Position numbers and translations under genes: made by a program | Assembly: GCA_004431415.1 (NCBI GenBank) | Contig: QPMI01000349.1 | Coordinates: 1-48,941 of the forward strand | Source: Cyanophora paradoxa CCMP329 | Taxonomy: Eukaryota; Plantae; Glaucophyta | Reading direction: 5' to 3' | Length of the DNA stretch: 48,941 nucleotides | The notes under the pieces: model-generated | Told to the model about the DNA's origin: nothing | What the model saw: only the letters and a program-made list of their open reading frames with translations | Database searches by the model: none | Shown: piece by piece, positions 32,600 through 45,394 of the stretch | Layout of the letters: each line of letters opens with the position of its first letter | Position numbering within the stretch: the stretch's first letter is position 1

Positions 32600-34204
32600 G
32601 AAGTCTGCTGTGCTAGCCTCCTAACTGCTCAACTTGCATTTTGAGGTACTTTGTGAAGATGGCTAGAATCAGGACCCGATCTTTCAGTCTGGAAACATCA
32701 AGTTGATTGGACTCTACGAGACCACGATCATATCTGAAATGCCAGGTTGTGTTAGAGGCGGGAATACTGCAGCAACATTGCAGTGGTACCTCAGCAGTTT
32801 TGCACGTTTAGCAAGTGGTGGGTACACGCCAGATTCCACGAAGTCCTTCAAAAACTGTCTGTTTACGACAAGCTGCTAACATGTAAGCATAAAGACTCAG
32901 GGCACAACAGGTAGGCTTACCCTGTAGAACGAATACTTCGTTCCGATCTGTACACAGATGTGAATGCTGAGAGAATTTACATCAAGCTGCTGAAAATTTT
33001 TCTACGTGCCAATCAGACCAAGACAAGTATTGGATGCCGAACAAACCTGAAGTGCGCCAAATGCATATGCACATGCTTGCGCCAGCGTTCGTCTCGACTC
33101 CACATCTGGCCGTTTCACCTGTCCAGGAAAACAAGGAGCCAATCCAATCAACCATTGCCTTTCCTGAGAAAGATCCAGAAATACCTCGATGATGACTGCA
33201 CTGATCACTGAGCTAGCTTTGTATGCCAAGCAAATGGTCAAATCTGGGCGCGAGCGTACTTCTTTTCCTGCTGTTACAAGAGGAATCCCTTCATAAGACA
33301 CAGTCTAGAGTCTGGTCAAAGCAAGTGATGGAAAGAAAAAAAAGCTACCCGCACCTCAGCAGGACATTTGAGTGCACCCACAAGTTCATCAAGAATAAAT
33401 TCCGACAATTCGAGTGAAGCCATTTCGGAGTTACTGTACACAGTTGCTCTCCTGTAGAGGTTGTTTGCGACTCGTTTCTCAAGTTCGAAGCTGCTAACCT
33501 GACCCGCCTTATGAAGGCGCCGAAATCGCCATACAGCAAGCTGCCAGGTGCGTCATGCAGATCGCCAGCCTCCGTAAACGCGTTGAGAACTTTGCTTGGA
33601 ACATCTGCAGCGAAGTCAGACATCTTTTGCGCACATTTTCTATCATCATGCACGGTTTTTGTCAACAGCTAGGTCAGACTGGAACACTTCATCATACACG
33701 CATCCCCGCTCTTCAACCAGGCGAACAAGCATGCCTGCGAGGGAACAGACGAAAGGCGCTCTTCAAGGCGAACAAGGCCCTGTTAGGTAACAAGTGTCAA
33801 ATGCACCTTCCTTCCATCTTGAAGGTTCGATGGGCTTGAATGTGGAAGTTAGGCGCGGAATCCCGTAGGTGGGCTCCGTGAGGGCTTCTGAAATCTCCAG
33901 CCCGCTGCTTGGAACTTTCTTTCGGCTTGCGTTGCTTCTTACACTCCGAAAGTGGAGACAAAAGGGAAGACGAATTGCAGGGCCGGGCACGGCGCCGAGT
34001 GCGCGGGAAGGCCACATGCACGCTTGCATGTTGCGAATTAAAGAGCAGGCGCCAGAGATGCCGGCGCGACGCAGCATCTGCGATTGCGACCTGCGCCGTT
34101 CCGTGCATATAGACAGAGCAGCGGGCTGGAGATTTCAGAAGCCCCCCCTTACCTGGCGCCGTTTGACCTGCTTTTTCGGCGCTGCCGTTCCAAATGTATG
34201 CATA
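32600..34204 (-). pseudogene. Decayed intron-containing gene for a PD-(D/E)xK restriction-endonuclease-fold protein; boundaries approximate
   Basis: Spliced core SYEGIPLVTAGKEVRSRPDLTICL..AVIIE|VKRPD..TLAQACAYAFGALQ|..IHICVQIGTKYSFY (~33300-32925). Flanking frames are broken by stops. Confidence 0.6.
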
Positions 34205-34740
34205 TATAAACTAGCACGCGGCCGCGGCGGCCTCTAGATCTGCTCGCGATCGGGCTCTGACTGGGCCGGCCGCCGGATGGAAACGGGGTAGCATATAGCT
34301 ATAGCTAGTACTAATACGGTAGGGAATTCGAAATTAAAGCGAGCTCGAGGGGCGCGCGCGCCCGCGGCCCGAGCCGGCGCCGGCGCCGGCCGGGGCGCCC
34401 GCGCGCGCCGGCGCGCGCCGCCGCCGGCCAGGGCGGCCCGCGGCCGGCGGCCTGCGCCGCGGCCGGCAGCATATCACTGAGTCATACTATGCATATGCAT
34501 ATATATGCATATGCATATGCATGCGCATGCCGCGGCCCGGCCGGCGCCGGCGCCGCGCGCGCCTGCACTGCCGCAGTGCCGCCGGCGCCGCCGCCGGCCT
34601 GCGCCGCAGCCGCCGCTGCAGCTGCGCATGCAGGCTAGCTAGCGCGCTAGCTAGCTATAGCTATATGTACGTGCACGCGCGCCAAGTCCAGCAAGCCGCT
34701 AGCCGGAGCTCAGCTATAGCTAGCTAGGCTGGCCAGCTAG
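34205..34740. repeat. Palindrome-saturated low-complexity DNA
   Basis: Overlapping GGCGCC/GCCGGC, ATGCAT/CATATG and GCTAGC/CTATAG runs. Confidence 0.85.
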
Positions 34741-35204
34741 CAAGCCTGTCGGCTCGCCTGCCGGCTAAATTGTGCGCTTGTACCCAGCAATTGGCTCCAT
34801 TCCCCCCTACTCGAGTCTCGATGCGCCACAAACTCGCAGGAGCTCTTTTTTTCCGCATTCGGTACAACAGGTACTTGATGCGGCCTAGCGCGCCACGCTC
34901 TGCTTCCCGAGCACTGGCATGTATGACAAGCTTTGCTGAGCATCGCAAGAGCTTTCTTATGCACTTGATCCGGCCCCTATACGACCACAGGATCAGGCGC
35001 TGCAAGGGATAGTCCAGGAAAGGGTCCGGTCCTTTTTTCCGCGCAGCGTTCTGCTCTTTCCGGGTTCCGACAACGAATTCCGGGCTCTCATGCATGCACT
35101 AGCACTCGGTTAAGAGCTCGGAGCTGGATCGGGAGATGAGCAGACTCGTCATTTTAAATTTGTGAGTTACCGAAAACGGGGGCCCTACCCCGTTTCCAAT
35201 TAAA

Positions 35205-35453
35205 CGCAAAACGCGTTAACGTTAACCCCGCGGCCGTATACTTATAATTACGCGTCCCGGCCGCGGCCGCCTTAATTAAGCTTGTGCCGATATCGATCGT
35301 GCACATGCATGCGCACGTGCGCGCTAGCGCTCCGGATCCTGCAGCTGCAGCTGGCCGGTGCGGCCCGCTCCCCTAGGCCTCAGCTCGCGATCGCACCGCG
35401 GCCGTCTCTTATAGCTATAGCTAGGCCTCCAGCTCCCGTGTACGTACACGTGC
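35205..35453. repeat. Polylinker-like array of overlapping 6-8 bp palindromes
   Basis: ACGCGT, GTTAAC, CCGCGG, GCGGCCGC, TTAATTAA, AAGCTT, GATATC, ATCGAT, GTGCAC, ATGCAT, CACGTG, GCTAGC, GGATCC, CTGCAG, CCTAGG and TCGCGA occur in succession. Confidence 0.85.
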
Positions 35454-35657
35454 TTTTTCAGTGCAGACAGTCCGGTCTGCATGCAGCCGCTTGCAATTGA
35501 GCTTGCTCTGCTTCCCCACTCCGGCGGCGCCCCTTGACGACGCAACGCGTGGCGTGCACGTGCACGGCCTCCGAAGTCGACCGGAACCAACGGACACGAA
35601 TAGATAGAGTGCGATAAGCTTGTGGAGGGCGGGGCGGGGCGGGGGCCGGCCTCGAGC

Positions 35658-38600
35658 TCAGGCGTCCTCGGCGGGGGTGCCGTCGGGGAGGGGCATCTTG
35701 AGGGGCGTGCGGCCGAGGAGGGGGGCGGGGGCGGCGCGCCCCGCCCCGCCCCGAAGACCGGCGCCCCGCTGAAGGCGTCCACCCCGCTCCCCACCGGCCC
35801 GCCCCGCAGCAGCGCGTGGAAGGGCGGGCGGGGCGGTCGGGGCGGGGCGCGGGCGGGGCGGCAGCCGGCTTGACGCGGAGGGGCGGGGCGGCTTCCTCGT
35901 CGGGCGGGGCGGCGTAGAGGCGGCGGGCGGCGGAGCGGCGGCGGCAGTAGAGGGCGAGGGCGGCGCCGAGGAGGGCGGCGAGGGGCACGCCGAGGCAGCC
36001 GACGAGGATGGGCACGAGGGGGTCCACCCGCCCCCCATCCCCCGCCGGCTCCTGCCGGATCGAGACGCCCCGCACCACAAACTCCGCCCCAGCGCCCAAC
36101 GGTCTGCGCGCCCCCGCTCGCCCCGGGGCCGGCGGAGAGGGCGGGCGGGGCGGGCGGACTGGCGGCGGTGAGCTCGCGGACGGTCGCAGCGACGTCGGCG
36201 GCGGTGCGAGCGCCGGCCGAGCGGTCGTCGAGCACCTGCCGGCGGGGGCTCGCTCAGCGCGCCGCCCCGGGGCCGTCGTGCGGGCGGGAGGCGGGCCTCG
36301 AGGGTGACGACGACGCTGCCGGGGCGCTCGCTGAGGACGAGGAGGCGGGGGAGGGGCACGGCGAGCTGCCCCGCCACCGCCCCCCGCAGCCGCTCCCGCG
36401 CCTCCGCCGTCCATCCTGGCCCCGCCCCCGCTCACGTCCCGCAGCGGGGTTCCGGGCTCGGGCTCTGGCGGACCGTCGTACTCGGCGGCGAGGGTGATGG
36501 CGAACACGAGCGAGGCGGCCGCCGCCGCGCCCTCGGGCACCGCGATGGTGAACGAGGCCGTCGTCGCCGCCGCCCCGTCGTCCTCGAGCGCCTCGGCGCG
36601 GATGTAGTAGACCCCGGGCGGCTGCGTGCTCGGGATCGTCCACACCAGGGTGCCCCGCCACGGGCCCCCCGCCCCCGACGCCCCCGCCTCCCCACCCGCC
36701 CCCTCCCCCGTCGGCGCCGGCGTGGGCGAGGGCGTGGGGGAGGGTGTGGCGGTGGCGTTGGTGGCGGCGTGGGCCGGGGCGGGCGGCGGCGGGGCGAGGT
36801 GGGGGCGGGGCCCTGGCCGGCCCCGAAATGCCCTGGACGGGGCGACGGGGGCGATGGGGGCGCAGCCGGCGGCGCCCCCCGGGGCGCAGAGGAGGAGGCG
36901 GATGGAGCGGAAGTGGCCGGTGGCGCGCCACTCGACGGCGTGGGTGCCGCCGCGGGCGAGGACGGCGCCGCGGAGCGGGGCGGCGAGGGCGATGGATCCG
37001 GGGAGGACGGGGAAGAGGCCCGTCGCGTCGTACAGCGCCGTGTCGTCCCCGCTCTGCACCCGCAGCAGCCCGGCGCCCAGCGGCAGGTCGAACGGGACCT
37101 GCACCGCCGCCGCCCCCGTCGCCGGCACGCCGAGCGCCAGCGGCCGGCACGCCGCGGGGGCCGCCGCGGGGCAGGCGAAGAGGGAGACGGTGGGGACGGC
37201 CCCCGCGGCGGCGTAGCGGACGGTGACGCGGGCGCCGCGCGTCCAGGGGCCCGGGGCGCGGGCGGGTCGGAGAGGGGCGGGGGTCGAGGAGGGCGAGGGC
37301 GCCCGGCGAGAGGAGGACGAGGGGCGAGGCGGCGGTCGCCGCGGGGTCCCCCTCGGAGGCGGCGCGGAGGTAGTAGGAGCCGAGGGGCAGCGCGAGGGGC
37401 GCCGCCCACGGGAACTCGAAGGCCTCGGGGCGCGACGCGTTGGCCGGCGCGAGGCGCAGCGCCAGCGGGGAGCAGCCCAGCGAGGCGAGGTCCGCCCCCG
37501 GGGCGCCTCGAGGCCGCCCGGCAGGGAGGGGCCCCCGGGGGCGCGGCGGCGGCGGGGCGGGGCAGAGGTGGAGGGCGAGGCTGGAGGGGAGGCCGAGGGC
37601 GGCGCGCACGCGGACGGGGAAGGGGAGGCGGCGGTAGGCGGGGGCCCGGCGGGGGCGGGGCTCTCGAACTCGAGGAGCGCCGCGACGACGTGCACGACGG
37701 GCGTCCGCCGCAGGAGCCGCCCCAGGCCGTCCCGCCCGCCGGCCCCCGCCGTGCGCACCTCCAGCTGGTAGAAGCCCGGGGCGACCTCCAGCGGGACCCG
37801 CCAGAGCGCCCGCCCTGCCGCCGCCGGCAGCGCCGCCGCGCTCACCCGCACCGGCGCGCTCGTCGCCGTCGGCGCCGCGAAGCCCAGCGGCTGCGCCGCC
37901 CGGCGTCGGGGCGGGGCGGGGAGGGGCGGGCGGGGCGGGGCGGGGCGCACGGGGACGAGCCAGAAGTGGACGGCGGTGTCGAGGGCCCCGGCGCCTCCCA
38001 GCGCACCTCGTACCCTCCCCGCGCGTCCACACCGCCCCCGGCCCCCCGGCGCCCCTGCGCCGCCTCAGCGCCGGGGGCGGGCGGGCGGCGGGGGCGGGGG
38101 GGCGTGCCGAGGGTGAAGGGGGCGCTGCGGGCGGTGGAGAGGGGGTCCCCGCGGCCCGCACGAGGACGACGTAGGCGCCGGCCACGAGCCCCGCCGCGGG
38201 GCCGCCGGCCTCGGGCGAGGGCGGGGCCCACGCGTGCGAGGCCCGCAGCGGCAGCGTCCCGTTCGGCGCCTCCCCCGCCGGCACCGCCTCGGCGATGGTG
38301 TACAGGGCCGGGGCCCCCGGGGGGGAGGCCGGGGCCAGGAGGAGGTCGAAGGCGGGGGCGCAGCCGGCCGTCACGTTCCACTCGATCAGCAGCGGCACCT
38401 CCCACGTCTGCAGCCGCCCGTCAGGGGGGGCGCCGGGGCCGTCGGGGGCGCCCCACGCACGGCGGCGGCGCCCGGGGCGGGGGCCAGGACGCCGATGCTC
38501 GCCCCCGCGACCGTGACCTGCGCCCCCTTCAGCGCCGGGGCCCGGGCAGTGGCCGGCGAAGCGGGGCGGGGGCGGACGGGGAGGGAGCCGTGGACGGCGG

Positions 38601-41600
38601 AGTCGCCGCTGGAGCGGAGGAAGAGGACGTGGGGCCCCTCCTGCGCCCCGCCCCGCCCCACCGCGAACCCGCCCGCAGCGCCGTCCGCCCCACCCCGGCG
38701 AAGAGCGGCGGCGCGGCCGGCCCAGCGCCCCCGGGGCGGCCCCGAGGAGGAGGAGGTCGGTGCCGTTGGAGGGGACGAGGCGGAGGGCGCTCTGCGGGCC
38801 CGTCGCCGCCAGCCGCTCCAGGCGCGCCCGCTGCACCACCAGCGTCTCCGGCGGCGCCAGCGGCGCCTGCAGAGCGCCCCAGCGCAGCTCGTAGCCGCAC
38901 CCGCGCCGCACCACCGGCCGCGGCCCCGCCGCCTCCGCCTCCGCCCCGGGCCACGTCGGGACGCCCTGCGGGGCGTGAGCCGGGGCGAGGGGCGCGGGGC
39001 GGGGCGGGGCGCACGGGGGCCGGGGCGGGGGCGACGCGGAGCTGCTGGAAGTGGGCGGCGGGAGAGCCGACGGCGACGGCGAGGAGGACCGACGCGTACG
39101 GCGCCGCCGGCAGGAACGTCTTCCGCGTCACCGCGATCCCGTCTGGCCCCGCCCCGCTCGGCCCCGCCCCGCGCGGCGCCGCGGGCGGGGAGGGGGAGGC
39201 GCACTGGGCTGGTCGGAGGCGGCGGAGGAGGTGACGAGGGCGGGCGGGGGCGGCGACGCCCGAGGCGGCGGGGTCGCCGGGGGCGGCGGTGCGGAGGGAG
39301 GAGCCGTCGGCGAAGAGGGCGGCCCACGCGCCCCACGGCCACCGCCCTACCGCCGCCTCCGCCTCCCGCAGCCTGCTGGCCGGGTCGGCGCGGGGCGGCG
39401 GGGGCGGGGGCGGGGCGGGCACCGCGGGGCGAGCTCCCAGGCCTCGTTGGGCACCGCCAGGAAGGTCCCCGCCGCCGGGCTCCCTGCCGCCTGCGCCAGC
39501 GCCGCCGCCGCCGCGCTCGCCGCGTCGAAGGTCTGCTGGAGGAGCTCGGCGGGGGCGGGGGGTGGGGCCTGCGCGGGGTGGTGCCCGTCGAGCGCCCCGT
39601 ACACGCTCGTCCCTGCGCCGGCCTCAGGCAAGGCCGTTGCACAGAGGGCGGGCGGGGCGGGGCGGGCCGTCGGAGACGAGGGCGGGCGCGAGGCTGAGGA
39701 GGGCGAGGGCGGACGTGGCGTTCTCGCCCTGGGGGAGGTAGAGGGCCTCCCCGAGGGGCGCGAACGCGAACGCGGGGGGGAGCCCCTGAAGCCCCGCAGC
39801 CCACCCCGGCACCACACGCTGCACCCCCGTCACGCGGGGCGGGACCGGGCGGGGCGGGGCGGGGCGGGGCGGGCCTGGGGGAGGCCGTCGAGGAGGCGGA
39901 GCTTCGCGAGGGCGCCGTCGGCGGCGAGGGCGTAGAGCCAGGCGTCCCCCGGCGGGGGCACGAAGATTGCCACGGGCGGCCCGGGGAGGCGGAAGGGCGG
40001 GGCGAGGGGCGGGAGCCCGCCGGGGACGAGGGCCGCGGCGCGGGAGATGGAGCCGTCGGGGCGCAGGGCGAGGCGCAGCAGGCCGCCCTCGAGGGTCGCC
40101 GCCAGCAGCGCGCCCCCGGCCGGCTCCGCCACCACGCACGCCACCCGCCCGTCCCCGCCCCCAGCGGCGTGCCCGGCGCCCCGCCGGGCCCCGCGGGTGC
40201 GCCACGACGCGCGCGGGGTCGGGGTAGGGGGCGGCGGGGTCGGCGAGGGAGACGGCGAGGACGCGCGAGGGCGCCGCCGTCGAGGAGAAGAAGTAGGCGA
40301 AGGGGGCTTCCGGGTGCAGGGCCCCCGAGTCCCAGCGCAGCGCCGGCCCGGGGCCCGCGCCGGGGGCGGCGAGGGCGGCGGCGGGGATGGAGCGGAGGAG
40401 GGCCATGTCGGCGGTGCGCACAACGGCGACGGCCCCCGCGAGGCCGACCAGCGCGAGGGCGCCGTCCCGCGTCACCACCAGCGCCGCCCCGCCGGCGTCC
40501 GCCAGCTGCGCCGCCGTCACCCGCGCCAGGCTCCCGCGCGCCGTCGAGACCTGCGGGCGGCGGCGGTCAGGGAGCAGGGGCGGGCGGGCTGCGGGGGCGG
40601 GGGCGCCTTGAGGAGGCGGGCGAGGGTGCCGGGGGGCCCGTTGAGGAGCACGTAGGCCGCCTCGTGCGGCCCCGGCCCGAAGGCCACCGCCGCCGGCCCC
40701 TCCTCCCCGGGCCCCAGGCGCAGCTCGGCGCTCGGGCGAGGGCCGAGAGGGCGCGGTCGTAGCGGGCGAGGTGCGCGGGGCCGCCGCCCCGCGGCTGGCG
40801 CGCCACCAGCAGCGTCGCCCCTGCCCCGTCGAACGCCGCCGCCCGCGCCTCCCCGGCCCCGGCGGGGGGCGGCCCGCCCTCCCCCGCCACCCGCGCCGGC
40901 CCGTCGAAGCCGGCGAGGGGCTCGTAGGTGAGGGAGAAGCCGCCGGCCTGCGTGGTGGCCGCCGACACGGGCTGCGCGCCCCCGTCGCTAGCGAAGACGA
41001 CGAGGGCGTAGGGCCCGGAGGTGAGGATGTCTGCGCAGGCCGCTCGCTCGGAGGCCGGAGGGTGCTCCGAGGGGGCGGGGGTGCGGGGCGCTCACCGGGG
41101 ATGTTGAGGCCCGAGGTCGGCGAGGCGGCCGCCGCCGCGGGGTCCGCCCCGCTCACCGACGAGGAGAAGGGGTAGAAGCCGAGCCCGCCCGAGTCGAAGA
41201 GGAGCGGGGCGGCCGGCGTGAGGCCGTCGTAGATCTGCGGGGCAGGTCGGGGGCGGGGCGGGGCGGGGCGGGGCGCGGGGCGGGCTGGCGGACGCGGAGG
41301 GAGTCGGTGGGGTCGATGGCGTAGCGCGTGAAGAAGAGGCGCAGCTTGTCCACCGGCCGCTGCGCCCCGCTGCGCACCCGTCACCCGCCCCGCCGTGGAC
41401 GTGGCGGGGCGGGGCGGGCGGGGGCGGGGGCGGGGCCGGGCGCACAGATTCCCGCCGGTGGCGTTGGCGTTGGGCGCGATGGCCCAGCGGCAGTGGGCGT
41501 TCGGCTCGTACCGCCCGCCCGCCGGCGCGCCGTCCGTCACCGTCCCGAGCGCGCCACGAAGACCACCGCCCGCTGCGCCTCTTCAACGCCGGCGGCGCGG

Positions 41601-44070
41601 GGCGGCGCGGGGCGGGGCGGGCCTGCGGGGGCCGGAGGTGCCGGCCAGGGCTGCAGCGCCGTCCACGTAGTGGTGCCCGCCGGCAGCCGGCGCCAGGACC
41701 GACTCGTCGTAGCAGCAGAGCGCTGCGCGGCGCCGGCCTCGGCGCAGGGCGGGCGGGGTGGCGGGGCGGGCGGGGCGGGGGGGCGGACCCGGGGCGAGGG
41801 AGAAGCACTCGGAGGCGCCGGCGGAGAGGGACTCGTTGACGGCGCGCACGAGCACCTGGAAGGTGGCGGGCAGCTCCCCCGGGGCCCCCGCCCCGTACGC
41901 CCCCCGCAGGCTGCAGGGGACGCGCCAGTCGACGGCCCCCGCACCGCCGGCCACGGGGGCGGCGGGGGCGAGCAGCACGGGGAGCTCGCCCCCCGCGGCC
42001 GCCCCGAAGACCACGCTCACCGCCGCCACCGCCACCCCCGGCCCCAGGCCCCTGCCCGCCCTCCCTCGCACGAGGCGGGGCGGGGGGCGGGGCGGGGCGG
42101 GGGGCGCACTGGAAAGCGATGCGGCAGGTGTCGCCGGTGCGGCAGCGGGCGGGGGCGCCGGCGGTGAGGCCCGAGGTGGACTCGACGGTGATGCGGACGG
42201 GGGTGACGAGGAGGAGGTCCCCCGCGGGGTCCGCCCCCCCGTTCATCGGGAAGGCCCCCGGCGCGGGGTCGCTCGTGGAGCCCCCGACGGGGGTGCCGCG
42301 GGCGGGGAGGTAGAGGCCGGCGGTGAGGGAGGGGGCCCCGAGGGTGAGGAAGCCTGTGTACTTGCCAACCACGCGGGCCCGGTGCCAGCCCACCGGCGGG
42401 TTCCCCGTCGCCGACGTCGCCGCCCCGGAGAGCGCCGGCGCCCACGCGATGCTCCCCGCCGCCCCGGGGCCCACCGCCCCCGCCGACTGGACGGTGACCC
42501 AGGCGGCGGCGCCCGGGGCGGGGGCGACGGAGGGCAGGGAGGCGTTGCTGGCGTCGAAGGGGCCGACGAAGGCGAGCTGCGCCTCCACGCCCACCAGCGC
42601 GTACGGGCCCGTCCCCTTCAGCCCGCAGCCCCCGTGGGCCCCGCAGTCGTACCACCCTGCCACCCCCGCGCGTCGGCCCCCGCCGCGGCCGCGGGGCGGG
42701 CGGGCGGGCGGGGCGGGGCGCGGACCGCCGTCGTAGGTGTAGGAGAAGGTGCAGGCGGAGCCGAGGGTGCAGACGGGGAAGCAGCGGGGGCCCGAGGCGG
42801 CGGCGGGGTGCGGGCGGTGGCGAGGAGGAAGCGGGTGAGGAAGGGGACGGCGTCGGCCGGCGCCGCGTACGCCGCCAGCGCCACCCGCGCCACCCCTGCC
42901 GCCCCGCCCGTCACCCCCGCGGCGCCGCCGGGCGGGGGCCGGGGCGGGGGCACCGGGGAGGACGGAGGGGTCGCTCGCGCAGGAGGCGGCCACGAGGTAT
43001 GTCCCGGCGGCCTGCGCGGGGCTGACGCTATGCTGCGCCGTGGCCCCCGGCAGCAGCGACGCCGCCACGGTCACCGCCGCCCCCGCCGCCGGCGCGAGCA
43101 TCGCGTACGCCACCCGCGCCCGCGCGCACGTCGTCCCCGCCGCCGCCGCCCACCCGAAGCCGTACGCCGCCCCGGCCTGGAGGCCGCCTGGGGCGGCGAG
43201 GGAGAGGGCGAGCTGCCAGGCGGGGGCGATCGCGACAGTGGCCGACGCCGTCGCGAGCACGCCGGCGGCGGCGGAGAGGACCGACAGCCTGCACGCCCAT
43301 CCCTCCCACGTCAGGGAGCGCTTCGCAGCGCTTCGCAGGGGGGCCGCGGGGGCGGCGGAAGCGGCGCACCGCAGCGTGTAGCTCGTCCCCGTGACCCAGC
43401 GCTCAATGCCGCCGTCGGCGCGCGCCACGCACGGCGGGAGGGCCTGACGAGGCGCCTCGCATGCGAGCGCGCGTGAGGGGGCGGGCGGGCGGACCGTGGA
43501 GGGAGGGTCCCAGAGGGTCGGCGGGCCCGTCCCCGCCGTCGGGTCCGCCGCACAGGCGGCCGGCTGGGCGACCCACGTCCCCGGGTCGGAGTTCCTGCGA
43601 CCTCGCTTCGTCGGACTCCGCTAGACGGCGATTCCTGGGCAGCCAGCGCGTACCAGCTTGACGCCGCCGAGCAGTTGGCGCAGTTTGTCAGGGTTGTTAT
43701 GAAGAGATTCCCGCGATAGAGATCGATCTGCGCGCCGTCCGCCAGCGTCGGCGCGGCGGCGCAGCGGCGCGCGCGCAGGGCGCAGCACCTGGTGGCACAG
43801 GCCCGGCGAGTCGAAGTTGCTGCGGCAGCGCAGTGCCGCAGGCGCGCCCACCCGCCACCATCCCGTCGTGCCGAAGCTGAGGCTCCCCGTAAACGACTCT
43901 GATGCCGCGCTGTTCCCAAGTGTGCTCGCTTCCAGCGTTATGATGGACGCCGGCGGCAGCTGTGCGGCGGCCAGCTGCAGGCCGGCCAGGAGCAAGAGGA
44001 CCAGCGCCGCCAGATGGGGCCTGCCCGGTCCAGATGCTCCAGGGCTATCTACAAAGCCCGCGCGGGCCAT
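35658..44070 (-). CDS. Large type-I membrane protein: signal peptide, repeated Ig-like beta-sandwich modules, CUB domain, possible beta-propeller, C-terminal TM helix
   Basis: Signal HLAALVLLLLAGLQLAAA. CUB: VTDG..YEPNAHCRWAI..LRLFFTRYAID..D.L.IYDG..ALVVFASD..GGFSLTY (~40920-41540). Repeated W..P....G.Y.(I/L)R modules. TM PILVGCLGVPLAALLGAALALYCRRR. Exon structure only partly resolved. Confidence 0.75.
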
Positions 44071-44355
44071 CCTGCCCTGCAAAACTAAACTTGCCCTCCA
44101 CGAGGCGCCCGGTCCTTTCGGCGTGGTCTATTCCAAATCCTTAGCTGCGACTCGGACACCGCTTTTGAGCTGAATCCGTGCGCTGCCGGCGGTCAGAAGC
44201 GGTGCTCAGGGGGGTATCGATGCAGCCAAACCTGGCTGAGAGTAGGGCTCGGCGCTTGGCACGCGACGGCAGCTAAGAAAGCTCGGTTGCGGTCATCACT
44301 GAGATCCCGGCGGACGTCGTCGCTGGTGCCGGCGCCTCGGCACCAGCAGTCACTG

Positions 44356-45206
44356 ATGTTTCAGTCCGGGCCGGCCTTTTCCGTGAGCGATGACGACGGG
44401 CGCATCTTAGCTCGATGTGAGTCGGACGCGCGCCCGTCCGCCCGCGCTGGGTCGCTGAACGTGCCTGTCAGCGTGGGCGCGCTACGATGGCGACAGGGAC
44501 GGCAAGCTGACACCGGCCCAGCTGAAGCGGTGCACGCGCTCGCAATGCAGACGCCCATGCCGCGCGTAGCCGCCGAGCGGCTCATGGAGCCGACGCGCGT
44601 CCAGGTTCCTGCAGGATTTCGTGGGCGGGGCGGGGCAGCACGAGGAAGTGGTGCAGATGATCGTGTCGGACCTGGCGCAGGAGCACCAGCAGATCAGCCC
44701 GGCGGCGTTCATGGCCTACGAGCGGTCGCTGCACCTCTCGCTCAAGGACACCTCCTCGGCGAGCCTCCGCGAGCTCTTCGACATCCTCGACGGCGACCGC
44801 GTCCGCCCCGCCCCCCGCCCGCCCCGCCCCCCGGCCCGACGCGGGGCGGGGCGGGGCAGGACGGGCGGATCGGGGTGCAGGACCTGCTGGCGGGGAGCGC
44901 GGTGCCGGCCCTCACGAAGCAGGAGGCGGAGCACATGATCGAGCAGTACGACGCCGACGGCGACGGCGCCCTCTCCTGGGAGGAGGTGCCCCCGGGCCCC
45001 GCCGGCCCCCCCGCCCCCGCGCTGGCGCGGTCGCCCCGCCTCACGGGCCCGCGCAGTGGCTCCGCACGCAGGTCGACGAGAAGCAGTCCCACGGCCACGG
45101 CCGCGCCTCTATACTACGGCCCCGCGGTGCGCCCCCCGCGCGAGCTGCGCCCCTCACTCGAGGGCTCCCTTGACGGCCCAGCGCAGGCGGCAAGCCAGAC
45201 TCGTAG
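44356..45206 (+). CDS. EF-hand (calmodulin-like) calcium-binding protein
   Basis: Spliced loops YDGDRDGKLT, LFDILDGDR|DGRIGVQDL and YDADGDGALSWEE. Confidence 0.8.
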
Positions 45207-45394
45207 GCCGTGGATTCCTCGTGACTGACCTAAATGTAGCGCAACTAGCTCCTAGATAGGCCTAATAGATTTACAAAAAGTGACAAGGAAAAAAACATGC
45301 GCTAGCAAGCTGGCCGGGCGCCAAGGTGGAGAGCGGCGGGCGAAAAAGGAGGGATGCTGATCGAGAGCGCGGCAGGCGCGCGCCGCCTCAAGAT

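Noticed and set aside
34724-35095. 123-aa minus-strand ORF in the island
   Set aside because: No recognisable motif or splice structure; probably a decayed TE fragment.
35205-35453. Cloning-vector multiple cloning site contamination
   Set aside because: Sites overlap and repeat, similar tracts occur throughout the window, and no vector backbone is adjacent.
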